The notes: a model not told the origin generated them from the letters alone. A stretch of 54,647 bases of DNA from an uncultured virus (IMG/VR IMGVR_UViG_3300020191_000005) (IMGVR_UViG_3300020191_000005:62001-116647), one strand, 5' to 3'. Shown: positions 31,864 to 41,734, counted from the first letter of the stretch. Translations and numbers: made by a program.

Positions 31864-32416
31864 TGAAGAGTACGCTCGTCAGTTAGCACAACTACATGAT
31901 GAAAAAGCAAGTTTTGGTGATGCTAAAGGATTGAAAGCAATTGAAAAATGGATTAAGGAATTTAAACCAGAATCTATTTTAGATTATGGATGTGGCAAAG
32001 GCGGTGTTGTACTAGCACTTAAAGAAGCCTATCCAGAAATTAATGCAATTGGATGGGATCCGGGAATGCCAGATTTTAACATTCCTGATAATAAAAAGCC
32101 AGCTGATATGCTTATTAGTACAGATGTATTAGAACATATCGAACCTTTCTTTTTAGATGACGTATTAAAAGATATTCACAACTTGTTTCAGAAAAATGCA
32201 TTCCTTATTATTGCAACTAGCCCTGCTAAGAAATTTTTGCCAGACGGACGTAATGCACATTTAATTGTAGAAACTCCAGGTTGGTGGAAAGAAAAGATTG
32301 AAACTAATATGCCAGGCGTAAAAATTATACATCATGAGTTCTTTGAGAAAACAAGAACAGACAAGCGTGGTGGCGTACATGAAAATAACAAATACATAGT
32401 AGTGTTAGGAAAATAA
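31850..32416 (+). CDS. Class I SAM-dependent methyltransferase
   Basis: ILDYGCGKG, DVLEHIEP, NAHL. Confidence 0.85.
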   Translation: MKTISEEYARQLAQLHDEKASFGDAKGLKAIEKWIKEFKPESILDYGCGKGGVVLALKEAYPEINAIGWDPGMPDFNIPDNKKPADMLISTDVLEHIEPFFLDDVLKDIHNLFQKNAFLIIATSPAKKFLPDGRNAHLIVETPGWWKEKIETNMPGVKIIHHEFFEKTRTDKRGGVHENNKYIVVLGK

Positions 32417-32417
32417 T

Positions 32418-33137
32418 ATGAGCTTTACTAATTTAATTACAGAAGCTATTGATTCCGTATACGACGATATCAAAGCAAACAAAACTCCTACAGTCTGTGA
32501 GATGGGTAATCAACGTTTAAAGAATAATAAGTCACGAGCTAAAATTTTTAATGCACGTGGTATTCATAAACATGCTAACACAACTAAAGAATACTTTGAA
32601 GCATTAGGCTTTGGAAGATATCTTGCTATTGATGTTAACACAGAAAAAGATGCTATTGCAATGGATCTTAATTTGGATTGCAAACAAGCATATAATTTTA
32701 CTGAGCAGTTTGACCTAGTAACTAACAACGGCACAGGCGAACATGTATTCAATCAGTACACAGTATTTAAAAACATACACGACATGACCAAAGTAGGTGG
32801 ATATATGATCCATGTGCTTCCTTTTTATCGTTGGGTTGATCACGGCTTTTATAGCTTTCATCCTAACTTATTTTTCTGTCTAGCACATCAAAACGATTAT
32901 GAAATGCATGGTGTATGGATTGGCACTAGTGACGGTGCTCACATTGAAAAGCTAGGACAAAAGTTATCACGTGACAAAGGTTACAGAGGTAAGTTTGGAT
33001 TAGATCAATGGGAAAGAGATCCTATGGTTGTTGCTATTATGAAACGCAAAACTGATGCAGAATTTGAGATGCCACAGCAACACTTGTATGCAGGTGATAA
33101 TATATCTAGCGATGAGATTGCGAACCGTTACAAATGA
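32418..33137 (+). CDS. Methyltransferase-like protein
   Basis: DLN, FDLVTNNGTGEHVFN, KVGGYMIH, HGFY. Confidence 0.7.
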   Translation: MSFTNLITEAIDSVYDDIKANKTPTVCEMGNQRLKNNKSRAKIFNARGIHKHANTTKEYFEALGFGRYLAIDVNTEKDAIAMDLNLDCKQAYNFTEQFDLVTNNGTGEHVFNQYTVFKNIHDMTKVGGYMIHVLPFYRWVDHGFYSFHPNLFFCLAHQNDYEMHGVWIGTSDGAHIEKLGQKLSRDKGYRGKFGLDQWERDPMVVAIMKRKTDAEFEMPQQHLYAGDNISSDEIANRYK

Positions 33138-33904
33138 ACCAATATAGTGTATTACAAAACTTTAAACCAGAAAACTTAAGAATGGATCCTTTTCCTTATG
33201 TTGTAATTGAGGAAGTGCTACCTTGGGACTTGTATGAAAAGTTAGAAGCAGAGTATCCAGAAACATTTATTTCTAAAGGCGAAACAACCGGCTTTGGAAC
33301 TGCACGTTATTTAGATCATGACTTTGATAAATCCGCAGTAGTAAGTCAAGCATGGCAAGAATTTAGTGCATATGCAACTAGTAGAGAATTTAAAGACGAA
33401 GTTATTAGAGTATTTAGACCAGGTCTTGAACAACACTACCCACCGGGACAGTTTTGCCCTGAAGGTTTATACACCAAGTATATACGTAGTGATGTTGCAC
33501 CAAGACGTGCTCCTAAGAGCGGATCAATAAGAATGGAAATGCAGTTTGTTATGAATGCAATAGATAACATACAAATTAGAACTCCACATGTTGATCAAAG
33601 TAAAGAATTGTTTGCATGTCTATTTTATTTTAAGAAGCCTGAAGATAAAAATACTGATGGCGGACTAAATGTATATAGAAATGTAGCAGGCAAGCAATGG
33701 CGTAGAATAACAGGACGTGAAGCAGTAGCAGACGATATTGAAGTAGTTGAACATGTACCTTACAAGCGTAACACTATGGTTATGTTTTTAAACACAGTGA
33801 ATAGTTTACATGGAGTAACTCCGCGTGATAATCCAAATACTATTAGACGGTATGTAAACATTGATGCACATGTACAAGAGAAATTATTTAAATTCGTTGA
33901 TTAG
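33134..33904 (+). CDS. 2OG-Fe(II) oxygenase
   Basis: PFPY, HVD...SLHGV...RR facial-triad pattern. Confidence 0.75.
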   Translation: MNQYSVLQNFKPENLRMDPFPYVVIEEVLPWDLYEKLEAEYPETFISKGETTGFGTARYLDHDFDKSAVVSQAWQEFSAYATSREFKDEVIRVFRPGLEQHYPPGQFCPEGLYTKYIRSDVAPRRAPKSGSIRMEMQFVMNAIDNIQIRTPHVDQSKELFACLFYFKKPEDKNTDGGLNVYRNVAGKQWRRITGREAVADDIEVVEHVPYKRNTMVMFLNTVNSLHGVTPRDNPNTIRRYVNIDAHVQEKLFKFVD

Positions 33905-33913
33905 GAGATAATT

Positions 33914-34264
33914 ATGAAAGCAGGCAAAATTTGGGGTCAAACAGAATTGATCCATGCGAACGGTGTATTAGAATTTCATCGTATCGAATATAAAGCAGGA
34001 TACAAATGTTCAGAACATGAACATCAATATAAATGGAACGGATTCTTTGTTGAATCGGGCAAGATGCTTGTTCGTGTTTGGCAAGATGATCAAGGACTAG
34101 TTGATGAAACTATTCTTGAAGCTGGAGACTTTACACAAGTGAAGCCAGGAAAGATTCACCAGTTTGAAGGTTTAGAAGACGGAGTCGCTTTTGAACTATA
34201 CTGGGCAGAATTTAATCACGATGACATTGTTCGTCGTACTAGCGGCTCAACTGTAAAAAAATAA
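33914..34264 (+). CDS. Cupin-domain protein
   Basis: KIWG, CSEHEH, FFVESG, PGKIHQF. Confidence 0.75.
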   Translation: MKAGKIWGQTELIHANGVLEFHRIEYKAGYKCSEHEHQYKWNGFFVESGKMLVRVWQDDQGLVDETILEAGDFTQVKPGKIHQFEGLEDGVAFELYWAEFNHDDIVRRTSGSTVKK

Positions 34265-34275
34265 GGAGATATATT

Positions 34276-34461
34276 ATGGGAATGTGGGATTCAATTAAAA
34301 AGACAACAAGTAAAATAACTAAATCAATTATGCCTAACCCTACTGAGGTTGGTGAGATTGTTGCGGCAGAACAAAAGAAGCCAGTGCCAAAGCCAAAGCC
34401 TAAGAGTACAAAACCTAAGAATACAGCAGGCACAGTAAAAGTAAAACCCAAGAAGAAATAA
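34276..34461 (+). CDS. Small Lys/Pro-rich protein
   Basis: AAGGAG RBS; basic C-terminal tail. Confidence 0.6.
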   Translation: MGMWDSIKKTTSKITKSIMPNPTEVGEIVAAEQKKPVPKPKPKSTKPKNTAGTVKVKPKKK

Positions 34462-34463
34462 TC

Positions 34464-34730
34464 TTGACTAAGATGCTTCCAGGTGAAGCACTGATATATG
34501 AGCGTAGCGATGGTATTGTCTACGCTCGTTATCGTGACCCTCCACACAATAAGATTCCTCGTTGGATTATTGGTGGTGATTCTGACGCAATCAAAAAGCA
34601 TGAAGGACGCCTGGACTTTGAAGAATATTTGGATATGGTTGATTGCGCCAAAACAAATTATACACTCAAAAAACAACTTGACAAAGCACTTATAATATGG
34701 TATACTATACGTAATGAAACAGAAAAATAA
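34464..34730 (+). CDS. Hypothetical protein
   Basis: 88-aa ORF in the operon (alternative ATG at 34473). Confidence 0.55.
   Translation: MTKMLPGEALIYERSDGIVYARYRDPPHNKIPRWIIGGDSDAIKKHEGRLDFEEYLDMVDCAKTNYTLKKQLDKALIIWYTIRNETEK
34678..34706 (+). promoter_or_regulatory. Sigma70-type promoter, apparently leaderless
   Basis: TTGACA-17-TATACT with ATG 7 nt downstream. Confidence 0.7.
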
Positions 34731-35181
34731 ACTACCTTTAAGTGAGATCTTTATGGCTTTGGATATGGATGCCAAAGGTGCATATAAAGAATGGACTGAA
34801 GAAGAGCGTAAAGAATTAAACTTTTGGTTGCTTAATCGTTATGCAAGTAGTGTAAGCGGATCACAAGACGCAAAAGAATGGGCAGTTATTGCCACTAATG
34901 AATATTATAACAAGAATTGGAATGTACTAGGAACAAGACATCCACAGCTACAATGGCAACTGTTGTGTGCAACACATAACGCAACACGTAAAAGCAGACA
35001 CCATCAATGGTTAGGATTAAAACAAAAAGGCTCTGATAACAAGGCTGTTAAGTTTCTTAAAGAAATGTTTCCTAATATGAAAATAGACGAGGTAGAATTA
35101 CTTGCTAGAATATCTACAACAAAAGAACTTAAAGAGCTTGCCGAGCAACACGGGATGGATAAAAAAGATGTCAAAGTCTAA
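34714..35181 (+). CDS. Putative clamp-loader small subunit (T4 gp62-like)
   Basis: Size and the pattern FWLLNRYAS...LQWQLL...RKSRHHQW resemble gp62; located in the replication module. Confidence 0.5.
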   Translation: MKQKNKLPLSEIFMALDMDAKGAYKEWTEEERKELNFWLLNRYASSVSGSQDAKEWAVIATNEYYNKNWNVLGTRHPQLQWQLLCATHNATRKSRHHQWLGLKQKGSDNKAVKFLKEMFPNMKIDEVELLARISTTKELKELAEQHGMDKKDVKV

Positions 35182-35857
35182 CGAAGGATTTGAATGTCCA
35201 TACTGTAAAGTATCGTACACAAGAGAAAAAACTCTTGCAGTACATATGTGTGAAAAGAAACGTAGAGCTTTACAAAAAGACGAGAAACGTGTACAACTAG
35301 GGTACTTAACGTTTAATAGATTTTATAAACTATGTCAACGCTTTGATGGTGTTAAAACATATGAACAGTTTTGCAATAGTCAGTACTACAATGCATTTGT
35401 AAAATTTGGTAGCTTTGTTAGTAACGTAAGACCGTTATACCCAGAGAAGTATATTGACTATGTAGTTACAAGCGGAGTTAAACTAGACCATTGGTGTAGA
35501 GAAGAACTATATGAAAAGTATGCACTTGATCTTATTCGTAAGGAAGGTGTTGAAACTGCTCTTGAACGTAGTGTTAAAAACATGATGGAATGGGGTGACG
35601 ACAACGAAGCTAGGTGGCAAGACTACTTTAACTATGTAAGTTTAAATAGAGTATGTCAAGATATAGTAGACGGCAAAGTAAGTCCGTGGTTGATATTAAA
35701 TTGCAAGTCTGGTAAAGAGATGGTGTCTAAAATGAATGATGAACAATTACAAATTGTATATGCTATTCTTGATCCAAGTCATTGGAGTACACGATTTAAA
35801 AGAAGTCCAGTAGATGTTGAACTAGTAAAAGAAATTGTAAAGAAAGCAGGATTATAA
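35168..35857 (+). CDS. Hypothetical protein with N-terminal Zn finger (start reassigned to 35168)
   Basis: FECPYC...HMC motif. Confidence 0.6.
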   Translation: MSKSNEGFECPYCKVSYTREKTLAVHMCEKKRRALQKDEKRVQLGYLTFNRFYKLCQRFDGVKTYEQFCNSQYYNAFVKFGSFVSNVRPLYPEKYIDYVVTSGVKLDHWCREELYEKYALDLIRKEGVETALERSVKNMMEWGDDNEARWQDYFNYVSLNRVCQDIVDGKVSPWLILNCKSGKEMVSKMNDEQLQIVYAILDPSHWSTRFKRSPVDVELVKEIVKKAGL

Positions 35858-35860
35858 TAT

Positions 35861-36433
35861 ATGCCAGATATTGATATTGACTTTGCAGACAGACAAATTA
35901 TACTCGATAAATTAAAACATCGTGTAGCAAAGTTAAACACAGGTAAAAAGCATAACACAGGAATTTACGCAACTGAGATTCCACATAATCCTATTGACTT
36001 ATTAAGCACAGTTGATCACGACACAGCAGAAGAAAGAGGATACTTTAAATTAGACTTTTTAAATGTATCAATCTATGACGAAGTAAAAAACGAAGAACAT
36101 CTAAACGAACTAATGGAAAGGAAACCACTATGGCAACTTCTGGAACACGAAGACTTCAGCGAAAAAGTCTTTCATCTAAACGGGCACAGCAGTCTATTAA
36201 AAGTCTTGAAGCCCAGCTCGGTATTAGAATTGGCGGCGACACTAGCGATAATAAGACCAGCGAAGAGACATCTAGCGAACAAGAGTTGGGAAGAGATACA
36301 CAAGGAAGTGTGGACAAAGCCAACTGATGGAGCATACTACTTTAAGAAAGCACACGCAGTAGCTTACGCACATGCTATTATTGTTCACATGAACTTATTG
36401 TGCGAAAGGATTAAACATGACAACGAAGATTAA
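35861..36433 (+). CDS. dnaE: Minimal DNA polymerase III alpha (family C) catalytic-core protein
   Basis: PDIDIDF, KHNTG, GYFKLDFL, LAIIRP and YYFKKAHAVAYA match DnaE motifs in order, within 190 aa. Confidence 0.8.
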   Translation: MPDIDIDFADRQIILDKLKHRVAKLNTGKKHNTGIYATEIPHNPIDLLSTVDHDTAEERGYFKLDFLNVSIYDEVKNEEHLNELMERKPLWQLLEHEDFSEKVFHLNGHSSLLKVLKPSSVLELAATLAIIRPAKRHLANKSWEEIHKEVWTKPTDGAYYFKKAHAVAYAHAIIVHMNLLCERIKHDNED

Positions 36434-37136
36434 ATTTTTCACAGGGTACGAAGAACTAGAACAAACATTACCAGTATTGCCTGCATCAAAGTTTTGGCCT
36501 GAATGGTTTAAAAATCAAAGAGCTAATACAGATGACAGTAAAGAATATCGTAGAGAGTCAAGCACCTTAAGACGTTGTCCGGCTGTACTTGACGTACTAG
36601 GTATGGGTTATATTATTCCATTGTGGTGTGATTATAAAGTAACACAAGTTAAAAACATGCAAGGTACTGAAGTACGTTATGCGACTCCGCCTAACGTTTC
36701 AAGTATGTTTACTGCACAGCTTCATCCAGAAGAACAAATGGACAACTATCCATTTCATAAAGATAGTTACAGAGGCGCATTTAAGTTTATGAATCCTTGG
36801 ATGTTAAGAACTCCTCCTGGATATAGTTCATTAATTATAACTCCTACATATTCAAAAAATGATAACTTAGAAGTAATGCATGGAGTAGTTGATACAGATA
36901 TCTATCATGAACTACACGTCAATACAATTTTTACTGCACCTATTGACAAAGAAATTACATTTGAGAGAGGAATGCCTTTAGCTCAAGTTATTCCTTTTAA
37001 GCGTGAAACATTTGAAATGGAGACGGCGGTTGGCGATTATCGAAGCTCACATAGTAAGATTACGCAATTCATACATAACAGCCTGTTTAAGGCTCAGCAC
37101 TATAGACCAAAACTTTTAACTAAACGCTACAAGTAG
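36417..37136 (+). CDS. Hypothetical protein (paralog of 31144)
   Basis: PEWFK, RRCPAV, GYIIPLWCD, NPW..TPPGYS, GVVDTD, GMPLAQVIPFKR. Confidence 0.65.
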   Translation: MTTKIKFFTGYEELEQTLPVLPASKFWPEWFKNQRANTDDSKEYRRESSTLRRCPAVLDVLGMGYIIPLWCDYKVTQVKNMQGTEVRYATPPNVSSMFTAQLHPEEQMDNYPFHKDSYRGAFKFMNPWMLRTPPGYSSLIITPTYSKNDNLEVMHGVVDTDIYHELHVNTIFTAPIDKEITFERGMPLAQVIPFKRETFEMETAVGDYRSSHSKITQFIHNSLFKAQHYRPKLLTKRYK

Positions 37137-37138
37137 AT

Positions 37139-37507
37139 TTATTTGGGTTTACGTACTAGTTGAACACTCTTACGTTTTACTCTTTTAATTGCTAAGTTTC
37201 CTAAGTTTACAACCGGTCCTACTGTTACTTTTACATCTTTAGTATTCATTGTCATTAGACAATGTCTAAATGCAGGAAACTCTTTCGGTAGAAAGATACT
37301 GATCGGTATTGTTCGATTACTTTCAAACCACCATGCTTCTCCAAGATCGAGAAATGCTTTTTTTGATTCGTCTGTATTCAATGCGGTATAAACATACATG
37401 CTTGTTACATAATTATCCTGGTTGTTAATGATACCAACATACTCGTTGCCACCATACTGTACGATGCTTAAGAACGGGAAGTTAGTTTCGATATCTTTTA
37501 GTAACAT
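37139..37507 (-). CDS. Hypothetical protein
   Basis: 122-aa ORF with a purine-rich RBS; WWFESNRTIPI. Confidence 0.65.
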   Translation of the reverse strand: MLLKDIETNFPFLSIVQYGGNEYVGIINNQDNYVTSMYVYTALNTDESKKAFLDLGEAWWFESNRTIPISIFLPKEFPAFRHCLMTMNTKDVKVTVGPVVNLGNLAIKRVKRKSVQLVRKPK

Positions 37508-37537
37508 TGTTTCTCTTTAAGTTGAATAAATATGTAT

Positions 37538-38329
37538 ATGTCCCAATTAACATACAGATATTTAGCAAGTAATAGAGTTGGCCTAGTTGCGGATTTGGCT
37601 AATAACATAACGGAGTATAGACCAGTGTACCAGAGAACCCTACAAATATATCGAGGTATTGATAACACAATATCTTTTGAGATTAAAAATTCAGATCAAA
37701 AACCTGTAAGCATACTTAATACTTACACACCTAAGCTAATGGCATTCGATGAAAACAATGTATTAATTCTAGAGAAGACTGGTACCATCCTAGAAACAAG
37801 TACACCGTCAAAGAAAGGTCAGTTCTCTATACTAATTACTGCTAATGATTTGTTAGATGTTAAACAACAGTATGTAAGTTATAATGTATTCTTAACTAAG
37901 GACAGCGACAATACTAACGTAGTAACATATGCTGATAGTCACTTTGGTGTTAAAGGCACTATAATGATTAGCTCAGAAGCATTTCCAGGACCAAGTGCAA
38001 CGTACAGTATTGATACGTTTACTGAAACTAATCCAAGCACAGGGAATTATGTTAGTGAAGCAATTACTGCTGAAGCAACACGTAATGGTAATTCAGCACT
38101 ACACACAGCGGCAGTTTACTCAACAAACTTTACAGGTGATATAGAAATACAAGGCACGTTAGATAACCAAGTTACTAATGGAACACCGTGGGGTACTATT
38201 GCAACCGTAAGTTTAGCCAACGAAACACAACCAAAATATGTAAACTTTAACGGAGTTTACTCACACTTAAGAATAGCATATACTACTCCGGGATCGGGTA
38301 CATTGGATAAAATTCTAGTAAGAAACTAG
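37538..38329 (+). CDS. Putative virion structural protein (start reassigned to 37538)
   Basis: TAAATA-N5-ATG late signature; beta-rich Thr/Ser/Asn composition; IYRGIDNTISFEIKNSDQKP. Confidence 0.55.
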   Translation: MSQLTYRYLASNRVGLVADLANNITEYRPVYQRTLQIYRGIDNTISFEIKNSDQKPVSILNTYTPKLMAFDENNVLILEKTGTILETSTPSKKGQFSILITANDLLDVKQQYVSYNVFLTKDSDNTNVVTYADSHFGVKGTIMISSEAFPGPSATYSIDTFTETNPSTGNYVSEAITAEATRNGNSALHTAAVYSTNFTGDIEIQGTLDNQVTNGTPWGTIATVSLANETQPKYVNFNGVYSHLRIAYTTPGSGTLDKILVRN

Positions 38330-38358
38330 TTGACTTTTATCTAGACTTATAGTATAAT
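38330..38358 (+). promoter_or_regulatory. Sigma70-type promoter, apparently leaderless, for primase
   Basis: TTGACT-17-TATAAT with ATG 6 nt downstream. Confidence 0.75.
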
Positions 38359-38364
38359 AATACT

Positions 38365-39348
38365 ATGAGCGGAATCGTACACGAAACTATATTAGCACAC
38401 TTGCCTGCGAAGCGTAAAACTACACCAAGTGGTTGGACCAGCTTCAATGCTCCTTGTTGCGTACACAATGGTACAGGTGCTGATACTAGACAACGTGGTG
38501 GACTAATCCAAAATGCAGAAGAAGGTGTAAGCTATCATTGTTTCAATTGTGGCTACACAGCAAGTTGGAATAAAGGTAGACGTATTACCTACAAGATGAA
38601 AAAGTTCTTGCAATGGATTAACGTTAGCGATGATGCTATTAATAAACTATCCCTAGCAGTATTACAATTTGAATCCGACGAAGCTCTACAAGCAATAACA
38701 CGTATGCCAGAGTTTAAGACAGTAGAACTGCCAGAAGGTGCAAAGCCAATAAGCGAATATACTGATACTACTGACGCTCATTTAATTAAAGTATTAGAGT
38801 ATATGAAGTCAAGACAGTTGTACTTAGAAGACTACAACTTTCATTGGACACCTAAGATTGGATACAGAGATAGATTAATAGTTCCGTTTTATTTTAACAA
38901 TCAAATAGTAGGATACACAGCAAGGAAAGTTACTGATGGTGCTCCAAAATATATGAGTGAGCAACAGCCTGGTTATGTGTTTAATATGGATCAACAAGAC
39001 TATCGTAGACAGTTTGTTATTGTAGTTGAAGGACCTATGGATGCTATTGGCATAGAAGGACTAGCACTACTAGGTAGCGAAGTCAAAGATCAACAGCACC
39101 TACTCATCAAGTCGTTAAATAAGCAAGTAATACTAGTTCCAGATAGAGATGAAGCAGGACATAAACTAATTGATCAAGCAATAGAATTTGGTTGGAGTGT
39201 TAGTATGCCGGACTGGGATCAAGACATTAATGATGTGAACGATGCAATTACAAAGTATGGAAGAATATATACACTACATCAAATTGTAACACATTCAGAA
39301 AGCTCATCATTAAAGATTAAACTTAGGAGTAAAAAATGGTTTGGTTAA
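38365..39348 (+). CDS. DNA primase (Zn-binding plus TOPRIM domains)
   Basis: PCC...YHCFNC zinc domain; VVEGPMDA, VPDRDEAG, DVND TOPRIM motifs. Confidence 0.88.
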   Translation: MSGIVHETILAHLPAKRKTTPSGWTSFNAPCCVHNGTGADTRQRGGLIQNAEEGVSYHCFNCGYTASWNKGRRITYKMKKFLQWINVSDDAINKLSLAVLQFESDEALQAITRMPEFKTVELPEGAKPISEYTDTTDAHLIKVLEYMKSRQLYLEDYNFHWTPKIGYRDRLIVPFYFNNQIVGYTARKVTDGAPKYMSEQQPGYVFNMDQQDYRRQFVIVVEGPMDAIGIEGLALLGSEVKDQQHLLIKSLNKQVILVPDRDEAGHKLIDQAIEFGWSVSMPDWDQDINDVNDAITKYGRIYTLHQIVTHSESSSLKIKLRSKKWFG

Positions 39349-39458
39349 AAGACAAGTTACTATCTCCAATTAGATGGTACAAGAAATGGCAGAAGAATAG
39401 AAAATTTAAACAGAGGATTAAGGAACTTCAAAAGAAAGATCCTTTCATTTACAAATAA
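39336..39458 (+). CDS. Small basic protein, 40 aa (absent from the ORF track)
   Basis: AGGAG RBS; MVWLKDKLLSPIRWYKKWQKNRKFKQRIKELQKKDPFIYK; TAATG overlap with the next gene. Confidence 0.65.
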   Translation: MVWLKDKLLSPIRWYKKWQKNRKFKQRIKELQKKDPFIYK

Positions 39459-40123
39459 TGGATTATGAATTAATTAGACCTTTTGGTCCTACTATCTATC
39501 GTAGCACTATGAGTAGCGAACTAATGACATTGCTACATAAGTGTGCAACGTGGACACGTGATGTAAAAGAAAACGTGGGCAGTGATCTAGCAGGTAACAT
39601 TGATGACCAACTACAAGCAATTATGGATCCTGATCAACAACAGGAGTTTATGAAGTTAGTAAGTAAGCATTTAGCTACATACATGCAAACAGATTGGGAT
39701 CATAGACAAACACATATGATTAACCCATCAACTGAAACACCTGACTTTGCAAGTATGAATTTTAATTTAAACACTGGACCGTGGATTAACTTTCAAAAGG
39801 CAAATGAATTTAATCCTATGCACAGTCACTCAGGAATGATTAGTGCAATATTATATATTGATGTGCCAGAAGTAATTGCAGAAGAAGCAAATGATAATTT
39901 AAGAAGTAATATGCGTTGCCCAGGGCAATTAGAATTCTTTTATGGTTCTGACGTGTTAGGCGTTAACGGAACACATAAAGTAATACCAAAGACCGGAGAC
40001 ATACTATTGTTTAATGCAGGACTAAAGCATAGTGTGTATCCATTTAAAAGCGATGTTGAACGAATAAGCATGAGCTTTAACGTATGGAACGTTGAGCCAA
40101 ATCATAACCAAGGAGAAGAATAG
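39458..40123 (+). CDS. Putative 2OG-Fe(II) oxygenase
   Basis: WINFQ...NPMHSH, HSVYPF, RISMSFN. Confidence 0.75.
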   Translation: MDYELIRPFGPTIYRSTMSSELMTLLHKCATWTRDVKENVGSDLAGNIDDQLQAIMDPDQQQEFMKLVSKHLATYMQTDWDHRQTHMINPSTETPDFASMNFNLNTGPWINFQKANEFNPMHSHSGMISAILYIDVPEVIAEEANDNLRSNMRCPGQLEFFYGSDVLGVNGTHKVIPKTGDILLFNAGLKHSVYPFKSDVERISMSFNVWNVEPNHNQGEE

Positions 40124-40708
40124 ATGTTAGTACCAATGGTAGTAGAATCTACAAGCAAAGGCGAAAGAGCATATGACATTTACAGTCGACTACTAAAAGA
40201 TAGAATTGTAATGTTAAATGGTCCAGTAGACGATCATAGTGCAAACGTTGTAGTAGCACAAATGCTTTTCTTAGAAAGTCAAGCACCAGAAAAAACAATT
40301 AACTTTTATATTAACAGCCCAGGCGGTGTTATTACTAGTGGCATGGCTATCTATGATACTATGCAATATATTAAAAGTGATGTTAGCACAATAGTATTAG
40401 GACAAGCATGTAGCATGGGATCATTCCTTGCACAAGCAGGCACACCAGGTAAGCGTATCCTATTACCAAATGCACGTACAATGATTCATCAGCCAAGCGG
40501 CGGTGCTTCGGGTATGGCAAGTGATATTGAAATACGTTACAAAGAGATTCAATACCTAAAAGAGAATCTAACTGACTTGTATGTTAAGCACAACTCAGCA
40601 GGCAAGACACGAGAAGACTTTATGAAAGACATGGATCGTGATTACTTTATGAGTGCCGAAGAAGCAGTTGCATACGGACTTGCAGATAAGATCTCGGAGA
40701 AAAGATAA
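40124..40708 (+). CDS. clpP: ATP-dependent Clp protease proteolytic subunit
   Basis: [29 protein letters not shown] (Ser), MIHQP (His), DRD (Asp). Confidence 0.95.
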   Translation: MLVPMVVESTSKGERAYDIYSRLLKDRIVMLNGPVDDHSANVVVAQMLFLESQAPEKTINFYINSPGGVITSGMAIYDTMQYIKSDVSTIVLGQACSMGSFLAQAGTPGKRILLPNARTMIHQPSGGASGMASDIEIRYKEIQYLKENLTDLYVKHNSAGKTREDFMKDMDRDYFMSAEEAVAYGLADKISEKR

Positions 40709-41719
40709 ATGATTATTTGGGGTATGGTTGGTAACAGTCACGATGCTAGTTTAGCAGTCTTTGAGAAAGGACCGTTTGACGATCTACAATGTCTGTGGGC
40801 TAGTCTTGCAAAAGACTTTAGTGACGTACCAGGAGATCCTAAACACAGTGACGAACAAATTGCAATGGCACGTAAACTATACGGCGAGCCAGACAAAGTT
40901 GTTTGGTACGAACTACCATACCTTAAATCATTTAGACAATGGCGAGCAGGACAAGGCACAGTACGTGAAGTGCTTATGGAAAACAATATCACAAACTATC
41001 TAAAACAATGGGACATCAAATGCCCTGTTAGGTTTGCTAAACATCATACTAGTCATGCCGCATATGGATTCTACACACAAGCAGAACCGAATGCAGTTGT
41101 AATGTGTTTAGACTCTATTGGTGAGTTTGAAACATTTACTATTTGGCATAGTGATAAGAATCGTAAACTTAAAAAAGTTTACAGTCAAGGATATCCACAC
41201 AGCATTGGATTGTTCTATAGTGCAATGACACAACGTATGGGCCTTGTAGCAAACAGAGATGAGTATCTAGTATCACAAATGGGTAATGACATTGCTACGT
41301 CAGAAAATTTAGAATTGATCAATCACATGGTTGATACATTCATTGATGGACCATTAGATGGTAGTGTACCAGGTGTCAAGTTTAAACACAATCTACACCG
41401 TGGTGCTAGTTGGTACAAGTCAGACCTAACCACTGAATATGATATGAAAAGACTTGCTAATGCAACACAGTTTGTATTTGAATTGATTATTAAAAGTCAA
41501 AGTACTTGGTGTAAAAATAATCTTCAAAGTCGAAATTTAATTCTCACAGGCGGATGTGCATTAAATAGAGATGCAGTAAATAGAATCAAACAAGATTGGA
41601 ATTCAATTTACGTACCGCCAAACCCAGGTGATCCTGGAAGTTGTATTGGTGCAGTACTTGCATTGGAGAAACGAACGATTGACTTTGATCCAACAATGTG
41701 GTATAATAGTAAAGCATAA
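40709..41719 (+). CDS. Carbamoyltransferase (NodU/CmcH family), N-terminal domain only
   Basis: HDASLA, HHTSHA, DSIGE, SIGLFYS, LTGGCALN, PGDPGSCIGA; the ORF ends without the C-terminal domain. Confidence 0.8.
   Translation: MIIWGMVGNSHDASLAVFEKGPFDDLQCLWASLAKDFSDVPGDPKHSDEQIAMARKLYGEPDKVVWYELPYLKSFRQWRAGQGTVREVLMENNITNYLKQWDIKCPVRFAKHHTSHAAYGFYTQAEPNAVVMCLDSIGEFETFTIWHSDKNRKLKKVYSQGYPHSIGLFYSAMTQRMGLVANRDEYLVSQMGNDIATSENLELINHMVDTFIDGPLDGSVPGVKFKHNLHRGASWYKSDLTTEYDMKRLANATQFVFELIIKSQSTWCKNNLQSRNLILTGGCALNRDAVNRIKQDWNSIYVPPNPGDPGSCIGAVLALEKRTIDFDPTMWYNSKA
41679..41707 (+). promoter_or_regulatory. Sigma70-type promoter for the helicase gene
   Basis: TTGACT-17-TATAAT with an extended TG. Confidence 0.7.
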
Positions 41720-41734
41720 CAAAGGAATAACTGC

